Assembly: GCA_019828565.1 (NCBI GenBank)
Contig: JAHDYR010000038.1
Span: forward strand, 698,735 to 762,734
Source of the DNA: Carpediemonas membranifera BICM
Taxonomy: Eukaryota; Protista; Fornicata
Reading direction: 5' to 3'
Length of the DNA stretch: 64,000 nucleotides
Positions within the stretch are counted from its first letter, which is position 1. Each line of letters begins with the position of its first letter. The position numbers and the translations under genes were made by a program. This document shows positions 20,726-30,808 of this stretch, in pieces. The notes below the pieces were generated by a model, which had not been told where the DNA came from, searched no databases, and saw only the letters and a program-made list of their open reading frames with translations.

Positions 20726-23216
20726 ACCTCAACAACTACAACCGGTCTGGGTTCGACATGCACGTCGAGGACGACGGGACCAAGGGCAAGAACAAGGCCA
20801 AGCGCCAGATACGTGAACAGTAAATGGCCACCTCTTTGTGACACAGAACTGAGTGAGGTCGGGATGGACAGTCCGTGGCGGTTGAGTCATATCATCCCTG
20901 GTCGAGGTTGACAGGCAAGGGTATCGACCGAACGCCCTGGGGCACCGGGAATCCGCAGATAAACGATGAGTGCGGTGCTTGGCCTTCTTGCACCAGGCGT
21001 GCACGCTGGGTCCAGGAACCTCGCGAGGGTGGTGCGGTCGACCCGGCTGCGGTTTGACGGGGAAGGAGGGCAGGGAGAGTAAACGGAGACGGCGACATGG
21101 AGCACGAGCTGGCAGGGTCAAGCTGCTCCGACCGAGCATCCATCGCACTGCTACAACAGACCTTTACTCATTCCACGTCTGGCCGCACCTGCACCTCATG
21201 TGCTGGCACCCGCCGTCCTTGTAGTAGCGCACGCCGCACCCGGGGCAGCGGCGATAGCCCAGTCGGTTCGCCAGCATCTCGTCGTAGTGCTCGCAGCTGC
21301 CGTCGTGGATGACGGGGTCGTCGTGGCCGAGGCAGACTGTGTTCCCGCACCCGCGGCACGCAAGCTGCCTCCGGTTCGCGCTGACCGTTGCCGAGCGATG
21401 GCAGTGGGGGCATGCGAACGTGCGCAGCCTGGCGACGCCCTCGGGCAGGTCGACTGTCTGGCGCGGCGCCATCTCGCACTCGCCGCCGTAGTGGGCCATG
21501 TGCTCTTCCTGGCTGGCCACGCAGAGCAGGCACTTGTGGCAGAAGTCCTGGCCGCACCGGCACGCCGACATCTTGCAGCTGTCCAGGTCGCCCTCGCGTG
21601 TTGTCAGCTCACCGCATGTGGGGCAGCGGCGGATGACGGGGACGTCCACGGCGGCGCCTCTGCCGAGCGTGACCAGGCGGCACGTCTGGAGGATGTCGTT
21701 CTGCTCGACCAGGGCGTCGATCTCGGCCCGCGAGTAGTGCACGCGGCGCGGGATGACGTAGAAGTCGGCTGCCGCGACTGCTGTGGCAGGGGCCGAGTCG
21801 AGCACCGCCTGGCGCATCTGGCCGGCGTCCTCCAGACGAGGGAGGCGGGCGCCCCCCGCGCAGTCGGAGTACACGCGGTGGTCGTCGTGGAGGGTCACGC
21901 CGACGGAGCCGGGCTGGGGGAGCTGGCCGCCGAACACGTGGAAGGCGAAGCGGCGGCGCGTCTCGTCGTCCTCGAGCACGGCGCGGAGGGCGTCCTGCAC
22001 GCCCTGGCTGTCCGCGGGGAAGCGCAGCGGGGCGAGCACAGCGTCGACCGTGAGCGGGTTGGGGCGCACAAGCAGGGCCCGCAGCTGGGCGGCCGTCAGC
22101 GCGAGGACCTTGGCGCTGAAGCGCGTCTTCGCGGCCATGCCGTTGCGGACGATCTGCATGCGCTCGGCGAAGCGGCGTCTCACCTCGTCGTCGCGCGCCT
22201 TGAGGTCGCCGTCGAAGCCCTCGAGCGGGCACGCGGCCGCAGCCTCCGCAACAGACCGCTGCAGCGCCCGGGCGACGATGGGCATCAGCGCTCCCAGGTC
22301 GACGCGGCCGCCCGTGAGCGCGACGAGCCAGGCGTCGCTAACCATGTCCGCGGGCAGGGTGATGCCGTCGAGCAGCATGAGCTGCAGCACGCGGCCGAGC
22401 CCCAGCAGGACCGGGCGCAGGTCGTCGAGCGGCATGCCGAGGGCGTCGGGCGAGAGGACCAGCGTGCCCTCGCGGAAGATGGGCACAGCGAACTCCATGC
22501 CCCCGACGGCCTGGCGGACGGCCACGCGCGGCAGCTCGACGACCAGGTCGGGCAGGGCCTTCGCGGAGTCGTCGCCCGAGAGCGTCGCGGGGATGGCGAA
22601 CAGGTCCTCCTCGCACGCGGCGATGGTGGCCAGGCTCGCCGAAACGGCGTCAGCGAGGGCGATGTCGATCGGCTCCTCGCGGAACATCTGCAGGCGCGCG
22701 CGGTCGATGTCGTCGACGAAGGCGTGGGCGCTCGCGAACCTGCTGCTCGCCGCGTTGAGGTCGACCTCGGGATCCAGCTCGTTGGCCGAGGCGGCGAAGA
22801 GGCCGTCGGCCAGGGCGCGGCGGACGGACCAGCGGGCCTCGGGGTGGGTGGCGAGCATGCCGGAGAGCACCTCGCGCAGGGCGTCGGGGACAGCGACGGT
22901 GGCGAGCAGGGCGGTGCAGAGCTGGTCGTCGTTGACGGTCGAAGCTGCTGCGAGGTCGCTAGTGATCAGGCTGAGAAGTCTATGGTTGAAGTCAAAGTAG
23001 TCCGGCGCCATGGCCCCGAGCATCGTCAGGCCCGCGTGGTAGACGTCTGCGGCCTGCTGCTCGCGGTGGCTCAGCTTCTTCCCGGCCTTGCGGGCGGCGA
23101 TCTCCTCGGGCGCGCTGAAGGCGAGCGTGCCGATGTTCACTCCGGTCGCGGTCGCGTTCACGGCGTCCATGTTCGAGGCCGTCTCGAAGTCGACGAGCAC
23201 GGGGTGGCCCTCGCGC

Positions 23217-23248
<32 letters not shown>

Positions 23249-26200
23249 ACAGACGCCCGCGCTGTGCAGGTCGTGGATCGCGTTGAGCAGGCCGCGGAGC
23301 AGTCTGCGCTGAGTGTCGGGCGAGTCGGCTGGGGCGTCGCGCAGGTGGCGCTCGAGGCGCTCCATGACGATCGCGCCGGTCTTCCTCTCAGGATCAGAGA
23401 GGTCGAGGAGGACGAAGTGCAGCCTGGGCACGGCGGGGCTGTGCGCCATGCGCGACAGGATGCCCGCCTCGCGGTCGCAGAGCTTGCGCTGGTGCGCGCT
23501 GTCGAGCTTGAAGGTCTTGGCGAAGTAGGTCTGGCCGTCGCGGGCCACGATCTGGCACAGCGCTCTGTTCTCGCTGACGGTCGACTCGACGGCGAAGTCG
23601 GACAGCGACAGGTCGGCGCGCATCTCGGGGAGGTCCATGAGGTGGGCCAGCCCCATCTCGCGCAGCTCGGCGAAGAGGCTGGCCGACGGCGCGGCGGACA
23701 CCTTCAGCTCGGGGCAGAGCCGGACGAGCTGCGGCGTGCGGCGGGCCAGGACGGCGTTAATCTCGGCGATGCTGGCGTTCACGGCCTCGAGCTCGGCCGC
23801 GACCTCGGCGGCCTGGGCGTGCCTGCGGCGGCGACGGAGGTAGCTGACATCGTCTTCGAGCTCCTCGGCCTTGCTCTTGAGGTGCTGGTAGTCGCCGAGC
23901 GTCTGGAGCTGCGCAGTGATGGCGTCGGCCTCGGCGAACCCAGCCAGGTGGACCTCAGCCTCGGCGGCCAGGCCAGTCAACCCGCGAATGGTGCGCTCCT
24001 CGGCGCTCGTGTCATCGCCAAGCTCCTTCCGACCGAGGGCCCACTGCCACGTCTCGCGGACGGCCTGCTGGAGGAAGGCGCGGAGCGTGGCGTACCTGGC
24101 CTGCAGCTCGGGCGCGAGGGTGGGGAAGCCGGCGACCTCGTTGTCAGCGGCCTTGAGCACGCGGGCCATCTCGTCGAGCGAGGGGAGAGACTCTGGCTCG
24201 AAGGCGGTGGCGCCGTCGACGATGGCCGAGGCCGCCTGGTAGTCAGCGCTGACAGCTGCGATCGTGGCCTCGAGCGCCTCGACCCCGGCCCTGGCCTGGG
24301 CGATGACCGCCTCGTACTCGGCGATGCGGGTCTCTGGCTGGCGTCTGGCATGGCCGAGTCGGCTGATGAGACCAGCGGGCGACGGGATGGGGCCAACGCC
24401 ATCGTGGGCCGGGATGGCGGCCGAGAGCAGGGGGTGGCCCTCGAGCATGGCGCTGATGTCCGCGGCGCGGTTGGCTTCGGTGAACCGGCCGGTCTGGGGC
24501 GAGGCGCAGAACGAGGCCAGGGTCGCCTTCAGGTCGGACAGCTCAGCTCTGAGCAGCCCCATGTTATGCTCCTGCTCGGCCATGGCTGTCTGAAGCATCA
24601 GCCGGAAGTTCCCATCAGAAAGGATCGCGTCGACCTCGAGGGCATGCCGGTCGGCGCTGAACAGGCCATCGGTCAGAGTGACGGTTGTGGCTGGGTCGGC
24701 GGTGGTGACAGTGAAGCTGCTCGGCACTGCGTGCGATGAGACGTGAGTCACGACCTGCCTCAGCTGGTCAACAGTCGCGTCGATCAGGAAAACGTCCGAG
24801 ACGGCTCCCGAGTAAAGATCGGAGACAACCTGGTCACGCAGGCTGGCGTTGAAGCATCTGACAAGCTTGGCAAGCCCGGCGTCCTCGGAGTCTGTCTTGG
24901 CGAACTTGTTCTCCAGCCAGACTCTGGCGGCGGGGCGGGTCAGCGTCATCGTGAAGGAGCGGGGCAGACCAGTGGCGAGGAAGTGGAGGAGGATGCGAGC
25001 GAGGTCGCAGGGGAGTGCTGCTGAGTCGCCAGGGTCGATGGCGATGTCGGCGTCGGGGGCGACTGGGCTGGAGCAGCGCTGGTTGACGGCCAGGAACTGG
25101 GGGATGCGGGGGAGTGTGCTCCAGAGCCTGACTGTATTGTCGCTGGACCCAGAGACGAGGATAGAGCCGTCTCGGGAGAAGACGACGCTCCTCACCACAT
25201 CACCATGCCCCGAGAGCGTCCTGATCAGTGCCCCGGTCGCGCCCCACTGCTTGATAGTTTTGTCTGCAGACCCAGCCACCAGAGTCCTGCCGTCGGGGGA
25301 GAAGGCGAGGCCAAACACAGAACTGGTGTGCCTGGTGTGCCCAAAGGGCGTGGCCGGCATGGCAAAACCCGCTCTGTTGCCGAATCCCCCGACCTGCGCA
25401 GTCTGCCCGAACGCGGACCTCGGTACATCCCTGCTGTGCCCAGCGAGGGTAATATGGGGAATAAGCTGGCCAGTTGCAGGGTCCCACAACTTGACGGCGT
25501 TATCGCTGCCGGATGCGACGATGGCCCCATCGGGTGACACGGCAATGCTGTAGACTTGTGCGCCATGGTTCATGGTCCTGATGCATGCGCCAGTGGCGGA
25601 GCTCCACTGCTTGATCGTGCTGTCAACACTTCCAGTGTAAATGGTCGAGCCATCAGGGGAGATGGCCACGCCATACACATGATGACCATGCCCTGTGAGT
25701 GTCAGCCTGCACTGCCCTCTCTCGACGTCCCAGACCTTGGCGGTCTTGTCAGCCGATCCGGAGACCAGGGTGCGGCCATCAGACGAGAATGCAAGGCGCC
25801 ACACAAATTCAGTGTGCCCACTGAGTGTCTGGGTCTGCTGGCCTGTGGCTGCGTCCCAGAGCTTGACGAGATTGTCCCGCCCCCCAGACGCGATGGTCGA
25901 CCCGTCCGGCGACACGGCAACGGCGTACACCTCACATTCATGCTTCATGGTCCTGATACACTGACCAGTGGCCGAGTCCCACTGTTTGACGGTGCCATCA
26001 GGTGACGCAGTGATGGTGCCGTCGGGGGAGGTGGCGACACCAAGCACCTGTTTGCCATGCCCTGTCAGTGTCTTAATGCACACACCAGCCATAGGCTCTG
26101 TGGACCGCGTGTTCCATGCTTCGAGCGCGAGCTCAACCGAGCCATCTTCATGGTCGGCCTCGAGTCTGCCATCCACCATCGTGACGGTAACGGCGGGCTC

Positions 26201-26745
26201 AGTGAGCTCCATCGTTAGCGTATCAGGTTCTATGCCCGCGCTGAGCAGGTACTGGACGACCTGCTCGAGGTCCTGGACGGTGATCGGCGTCTCGCCTCGC
26301 TTGCGGACCTGGATGCCCTCGGGGCCGGGGCGCTCGGAGATTGCGGTGCGGATCTGAGCGTCTACTGCTCTGCAGTCGTCGCTGCGTGAGAATGCAGCCT
26401 CGATACGTACCACTGGCTGTGTAATCATGGAATTTGCAGATCAAACGCGTCAGGCGTGCTGTGTGAGAGAATCGCGCTGCAGCCGTGTTGCTGCTGTTGT
26501 AACGCACCATCTGTGTGAGAATAGCTCCGTGATAGCGTACTTTCGGCAGCTTCGCGTCATCGAGAGTTTGTGTTGCTCGAATGTCGCGTGACGAAAATGG
26601 TCTAAACTCCGCTGCCTCCGCAATACCCCGCGCCGTCAGCATTTACCTGCGCCCGGGCGTCCTCCCCCTCATCAGGTCCCCGGCCGTGACCTTGGTCGAC
26701 TTCAGCACGCTCAGCGGCACCCTCCGCCCCGTAGTCGCCATCGCC
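20726..26745 (-). repeat. Copy A of a ~6 kb inverted segmental duplication (partner 45318..51115)
   Basis: Reverse complement matches 45318..51115 almost base for base, from 'ggcgatgg..actacggggcggagg' to 'gtagttgttgaggt'. Confidence 0.95.
21164..26428 (-). CDS. WD40 propeller + coiled coil + protein kinase + HECT-like + IBR/RING2 (RBR) multidomain protein, intact copy (1754 aa)
   Basis: About 7 WD repeats; YFAK/DREAG/HRDLKPEN/DFE/APEE kinase; HECT-like LGRVLQLML...LTAAQLRALL...RRRFAFHVFG...YSDCAGGARLP; terminal RRCPGCG..YYKDGGCQHMRCRCG (RBR RING2 signature). Confidence 0.88.
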
Positions 26746-28634
26746 GCCGGCGTCATGAGCGGCAGTTGTCCGTCCCTCACGAACGGCGTGACCGAGGGCA
26801 TGTTCTCCCCCCTGGGCGGGGCGGGTGTGCAGGGCTTGGGCGTCCTGACCCGTCCCGGCGTCCTCGGCAGGGCGAATGAGTGCTCCAGGGACCTGCAGAT
26901 CGTGTCCTCCCGCACCTCGAAGCTCATGCTGTTGGCGAACGAGGGCGACACGCTCGCCGTGATCGTAAATATGTCCTGGCCAGAACCAGCTCTGGGGGAT
27001 CCCGCGGGGTCGACGGCCAGCGCAGGGTCCGGCATGGCAGCCATATCGACCAGATCGCCGACAGACCCGGGGACGGCGGGCTGGTCATCCAGCTCAGAGT
27101 AGGTCAGGCCGGCCTCCTCCAGCAGCGCGTCGAGGTCGGGGGTGGATAGGTCGGCGCTGTCGATGCTGTCGAGGAAGGCGGCCTCGTCGAAGGTCCAGAT
27201 CGCGTTGTCGGACTCGGCTGCGATGATTCGCTCGCAGAAGTCGACTGTGGCCCGTGTAATCGGCGTGAAAACCAGCGGCGTCGCCTTGAGGCCGACCGTG
27301 ACCGACGGGGCGAAGTCGGCGAGCTTGGCGTGCAGGTCGACGGGCTCATTGTCATCCTCACCTGACTCTATGGGGACCTCACGCGCGGGCTCGGCAGGGG
27401 TGGGATGGAGAGCAGGCCTCGGCTCCACCAGCCCAGGCGTCCGGTGGTCGACATGTCGCGTGGCGGTCGCAGGTTTGGGTGTCTGGAGTGTGGCCTTGGG
27501 CGGGGCCGTCTCGGGCTTCCTGAGGCTGCTGACCGTGGCGTGTTCCCTGGGCTCCGGTCTGGGAGCCGGCTGGAGGGAGATGGTCGGGCTGTCCTTCGGC
27601 ATGTTCAGCGTCGGCGTGTCCTTCTCGACAAACGACACGCGCCGGGGCAGCTCCCGCGAGGCCTCCTGCTCTACATCGGGCTCACTCTCCGGCGGCGGGG
27701 GCTGGAACACGACCTTCTTCCACTTCCGCTTGCTCTGGCCCCGGTTCTTGGCGGCCTCCCACTCGTCCGCCCTGGCGATGAAGACCTCGGGCAGCGACTG
27801 CTCCGGCCCTGACCCACCAGCCATGAACTTCTCGATGGGATAGGCGAGCTGGCCGGGCCGCTCGATCTGCCACGGCCATGTCTTCCCGAAGTTGAGCTTG
27901 ACCCGCAGCAGAGTGCCGGTCGGGTCGTCGACGACGGTGAACGAAGGGGCGGGGTCACTCGGCTTCTTCCGAACCGCCCGCTGCTTCTGCTTGGGGGACT
28001 GCTTGGGCTCGAGCTTCGGCGCGGCTTTGGGTGCGGGTTTGGCGCGAGTCTCCTCGAAGGCCGCGCGGATGTCGGCCACGTCGACCGTGCGGCGGGGAGG
28101 CTGGGCGGTGGGGTGGGTCGTGTCGACATTGGGTGGAGTCATGCTCTCCAGCGACTGCCGCAGCTTCTCGAGCTCCTTGGCCCTGAAGGCGTCTAGGGCA
28201 GTGTCGTCGAGTCGCTGCGACAGGCGCTCAAGACCCATACGAGCGACGGCGGCGGCCGAGGGCAGATCGTCTGCGGCGATGAAGCCGCCGATACGGCGTA
28301 GGATGAGGTTGCTGCTGAGTGGCGCGACGTGCTTGTCCTCGGCATACAGATAGACGAGCTCGGGATCGACGAACTTCGCTAGCATGAGCAAAAGGCCGGA
28401 GAAGCGGGGATCTTGGCGCGCCTCCGCATCGTCGCTGAACTCATCGAGGGTCATGGTGAGGAATTCCACAACAAGCGACGCTGGGCAAGCCTCCTCGTCT
28501 TCAGTGCCGAATTTGTCGTATGCCTCCTTCGCTACGATGATGAATGCCCGTAGCTCATCGTCTGGGTTCTGCTCTAAGAGCGCACTCAACTTTTCGTCGA
28601 GAACCTCCATTCTGTCTCCAAAGGCCGACTTCAT
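26643..28634 (-). CDS. Divergent Bub1/Mad3 (MadBub)-like checkpoint protein without kinase domain
   Basis: TPR-like N-terminus 'FSDDAEARQDPRF...DPELVYLYAEDKHVA...AAAVARMGLER'; GLEBS-like 'YPIEKFMAGGSGPEQSLPEVFIAR'; ABBA-like 'FTVVDD'; many TP sites; start at ATG 28634 or 28610. Confidence 0.6.
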   Translation of the reverse strand: MKSAFGDRMEVLDEKLSALLEQNPDDELRAFIIVAKEAYDKFGTEDEEACPASLVVEFLTMTLDEFSDDAEARQDPRFSGLLLMLAKFVDPELVYLYAEDKHVAPLSSNLILRRIGGFIAADDLPSAAAVARMGLERLSQRLDDTALDAFRAKELEKLRQSLESMTPPNVDTTHPTAQPPRRTVDVADIRAAFEETRAKPAPKAAPKLEPKQSPKQKQRAVRKKPSDPAPSFTVVDDPTGTLLRVKLNFGKTWPWQIERPGQLAYPIEKFMAGGSGPEQSLPEVFIARADEWEAAKNRGQSKRKWKKVVFQPPPPESEPDVEQEASRELPRRVSFVEKDTPTLNMPKDSPTISLQPAPRPEPREHATVSSLRKPETAPPKATLQTPKPATATRHVDHRTPGLVEPRPALHPTPAEPAREVPIESGEDDNEPVDLHAKLADFAPSVTVGLKATPLVFTPITRATVDFCERIIAAESDNAIWTFDEAAFLDSIDSADLSTPDLDALLEEAGLTYSELDDQPAVPGSVGDLVDMAAMPDPALAVDPAGSPRAGSGQDIFTITASVSPSFANSMSFEVREDTICRSLEHSFALPRTPGRVRTPKPCTPAPPRGENMPSVTPFVRDGQLPLMTPAAMATTGRRVPLSVLKSTKVTAGDLMRGRTPGRR

Positions 28635-28844
28635 TGGAGTCGTGCCGGCCACACAGCTCGGGCCAACCTCCTCAGTGGTGCGTGTGTCTTGTATTAGTAT
28701 GATTGCTTCGCGCTGACCCGGGAGCTTCGCTCTCAACCGACGCCCCGTATTAATAGAGAGCAATCAACGGGAATTGAGGGATAATATGGCCATAAACGGA
28801 TCGATAATCGGGGATAATAGGGTTAATTTACTCATATACGGCAC

Positions 28845-28878
28845 TGTGCCGCGCAGGATTAGAATTGTTGAGTCCAAA
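28845..28878. repeat. Direct repeat copy at the 3' end of the Fanzor cassette (putative guide)
   Basis: TGTGCCGCGCAGGATTAGAATTGTT(g)AGTC(c)AAA; 25 bp identical, 32/34 matching to 31020..31053. Confidence 0.95.
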
Positions 28879-28990
28879 ACACACAGTGATCCGAGCAGCA
28901 TCAGGATCGCAGTGTGGTTCATCATTCTCTATCAATCGTGCGCAGCATATCACGCGCCGCTGTAGCGCGTGCTTGCTCAACTTTGCAAGT
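28845..28990 (-). ncRNA. Putative Fanzor omega-RNA (scaffold hairpins followed by guide)
   Basis: Directly downstream of the Fanzor stop: stem CACGCGC/GCGCGTG (28951-28971, extendable to 28944-28977) and stem CACAC..GATCC/GGATC..GTGTG (28880-28916), abutting the repeat; 5' end unknown. Confidence 0.6.
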
Positions 28991-30690
28991 TAATGATAGC
29001 GAGGAAGAGCACCTCTCTGGGAGTCGTAGTGGAAAGGAGATTGCTCTATCTGATCTGAAGTTGCATCATAGGTGCACCAAAGGATGTTCTCGCTGGCGCT
29101 CTTATCTCGGTGAGAGAGATTGAGAAGTATGTCTCTCTGCTCGGGATGCCGACGAAGCCGTTCAACGCGCTATGGAGCTCCCTCGCACGCGGGATTCTGG
29201 CAGAGCATGGTGCGGTGTGTGTGCACCACACGTCTGAAGTGTGCTTTGCAGTGTGGGCACACGATGGAAGTGCGAAATTCGGAGACCATCGTGACAGTCA
29301 CGACGACGTTGTGCCGGAGCATGATGCCAGGGAGAGCTCGAGCAAAGTGGCGGTACGGAGCACAGGAGGGAGTGCCGGCGGAACCGAACAGTGCAGCCCC
29401 ATACGCGACTTCGAGATGAATGGGCTCCGGGGGGCGCCCGCCGAGATCATCCAGGAGTTAACGTCCAGCCCGGGCGAAGTGCTTCAGGCGCAGACAGTGA
29501 TTGGCAAAACTCGCACGGCGGAAACACTTTCTCGTCCCCTCGTTGATGATGTTCTCATGGACAAACCTAATCGACTGTTTGAGAGCCTCTAGACTTGTCG
29601 TTTTGAACGATGCTGCGCTCATATTCACGCGGAAAGAGGGGGTGGCAGTGTAGCCACACTTAGCGAGTACGCCAGATACACTCTGCCCGTCTGGGCGGCG
29701 GATCGTGTAGCCGCCCAGCGACCGAGCACCAGGGTCGAAGCCCATGAGAGCTTGAATGTCCGGGGCAGGAGTAGCCTCGGCGTCATCCTGACCGAGCCGA
29801 GCCCGCTTGTTATTGCTACCCTTTTTGTACGTGGGCCGGTCAGCCACCCGACCGCCACGGTATTTCTCGCGACCCACCCAAACCGTCACAGCAACAGAGA
29901 CCCCGTCAGTCTTCACAGAGAGCACTCTGCGGAGCTTGGTGATGTCGCCGTGATCACGCTCGTATCTATCAACCTGCTCAGTGGTCAAGTTCTTAGTTGC
30001 TGACCAATTCACGTGCACACGCAGGCGCCTCTTCATCGCTGGGGTGAGCGACATATAACCGTACTCGATGGTCATGAACCCAGGCCTGACCGGTGCCATC
30101 GGCACGAACGGAACGAGCTTCGGCTCTGGCAGGGCCTGACTGAGCTCGAGGTTCACGGCACGAGTGAGTGTGACCAGCTTGGTCACTGCAGCACTCATGC
30201 GCGTGACGCACGACAGCACGCCGACGAGGGCCTCAGCCACGGTACCAGTGCGACCCACCCGTTGCCCCTCGGGCAATGCATGCATTTGACGATGATGCAT
30301 GCCATGATCGGCGGCTATGGCGGCAACCTCAGTGTCGAGCTCGCCTATGGTGTCGAGACAATCCTGTCGAACACCTGGCCGATCATGGAGGAGCGGACGC
30401 ACCCGTTCTAATCCAGCACGAAGACGGGTCAGGTACCCGGGTGACGCGCGCGAGAGCCAGACCCGGGTGGCTGTGGAGTACTCGCCCAACCAGGTGTCAA
30501 ATGGCTTGCACAAGCCAATGTAGCTATAAGCCGTGACGAAGTCCTGGACGAGTGGGGTTATGTCAGGGTCCCTCCACATCGCCATGTCGCCAATCCACCT
30601 GCACCGATCCGCTGCCTTTGCCTTCGACACCTTTTGCTGAGCAATGACGATCTGCTTAAGGTAAGGTAAGGTACCTTACCTTACGATCAT
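28990..30690 (-). pseudogene. Fanzor1 (TnpB-derived) RNA-guided endonuclease, about 550 aa, interrupted by two in-frame stops
   Basis: One frame: 'SVKTDGVSVAV'; RuvC-I 'LMGFDPG' (Asp 29734-29736); TAA 29458-29460; 'VAYGAALFG...P'; RuvC-II 'MVSEFRTSIVCPHC' (Glu 29278-29280); 'CQNPAC'; TAG 29170-29172; RuvC-III 'HRDKSASENI' (Asp 29104-29106); final TAA 28990-28992. Confidence 0.9.
30661..30684. repeat. Perfect 24-bp palindrome GTAAGGTAAGGT/ACCTTACCTTAC
   Basis: Read directly from the sequence. Confidence 0.95.
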
Positions 30691-30808
30691 TTCTTTTCAG
30701 GGTTCATCAGCTAGCAGCATCCCTCAAAACACAAGAAACCAGCATCATACAACACAAAGCGTCTTTACTACTGCTACAACCGCTTTCCACCACTTGTGTC
30801 TCTCACAA

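Noticed and set aside
20726-21160. Small ORFs in the duplicated 3' flank of the WD40-kinase gene
   Set aside because: No recognisable motifs and multiple stops; conservation is explained by the recent duplication
21200-24739. Very long opposite-strand ORFs (also 567..1943, 47709..50744, 42198..43556, 62689..63561)
   Set aside because: Antisense shadows of high-GC3 genes; no motifs of their own
26380-26646. Splicing of the Bub1/Mad3-like gene (AG|GTAAAT at its stop) into the WD40-kinase gene via a CTCACGCAG acceptor, which would be in frame
   Set aside because: Needs a ~265-nt intron skipping two nearer acceptor-like sites, whereas supported introns are about 30 nt; no transcript evidence
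28990-29460. Alternative genetic code (TAA/TAG=Gln) as the cause of the Fanzor stops
   Set aside because: Conserved host genes end at TAA/TAG in the expected places, and the Fanzor's own plausible terminator is TAA
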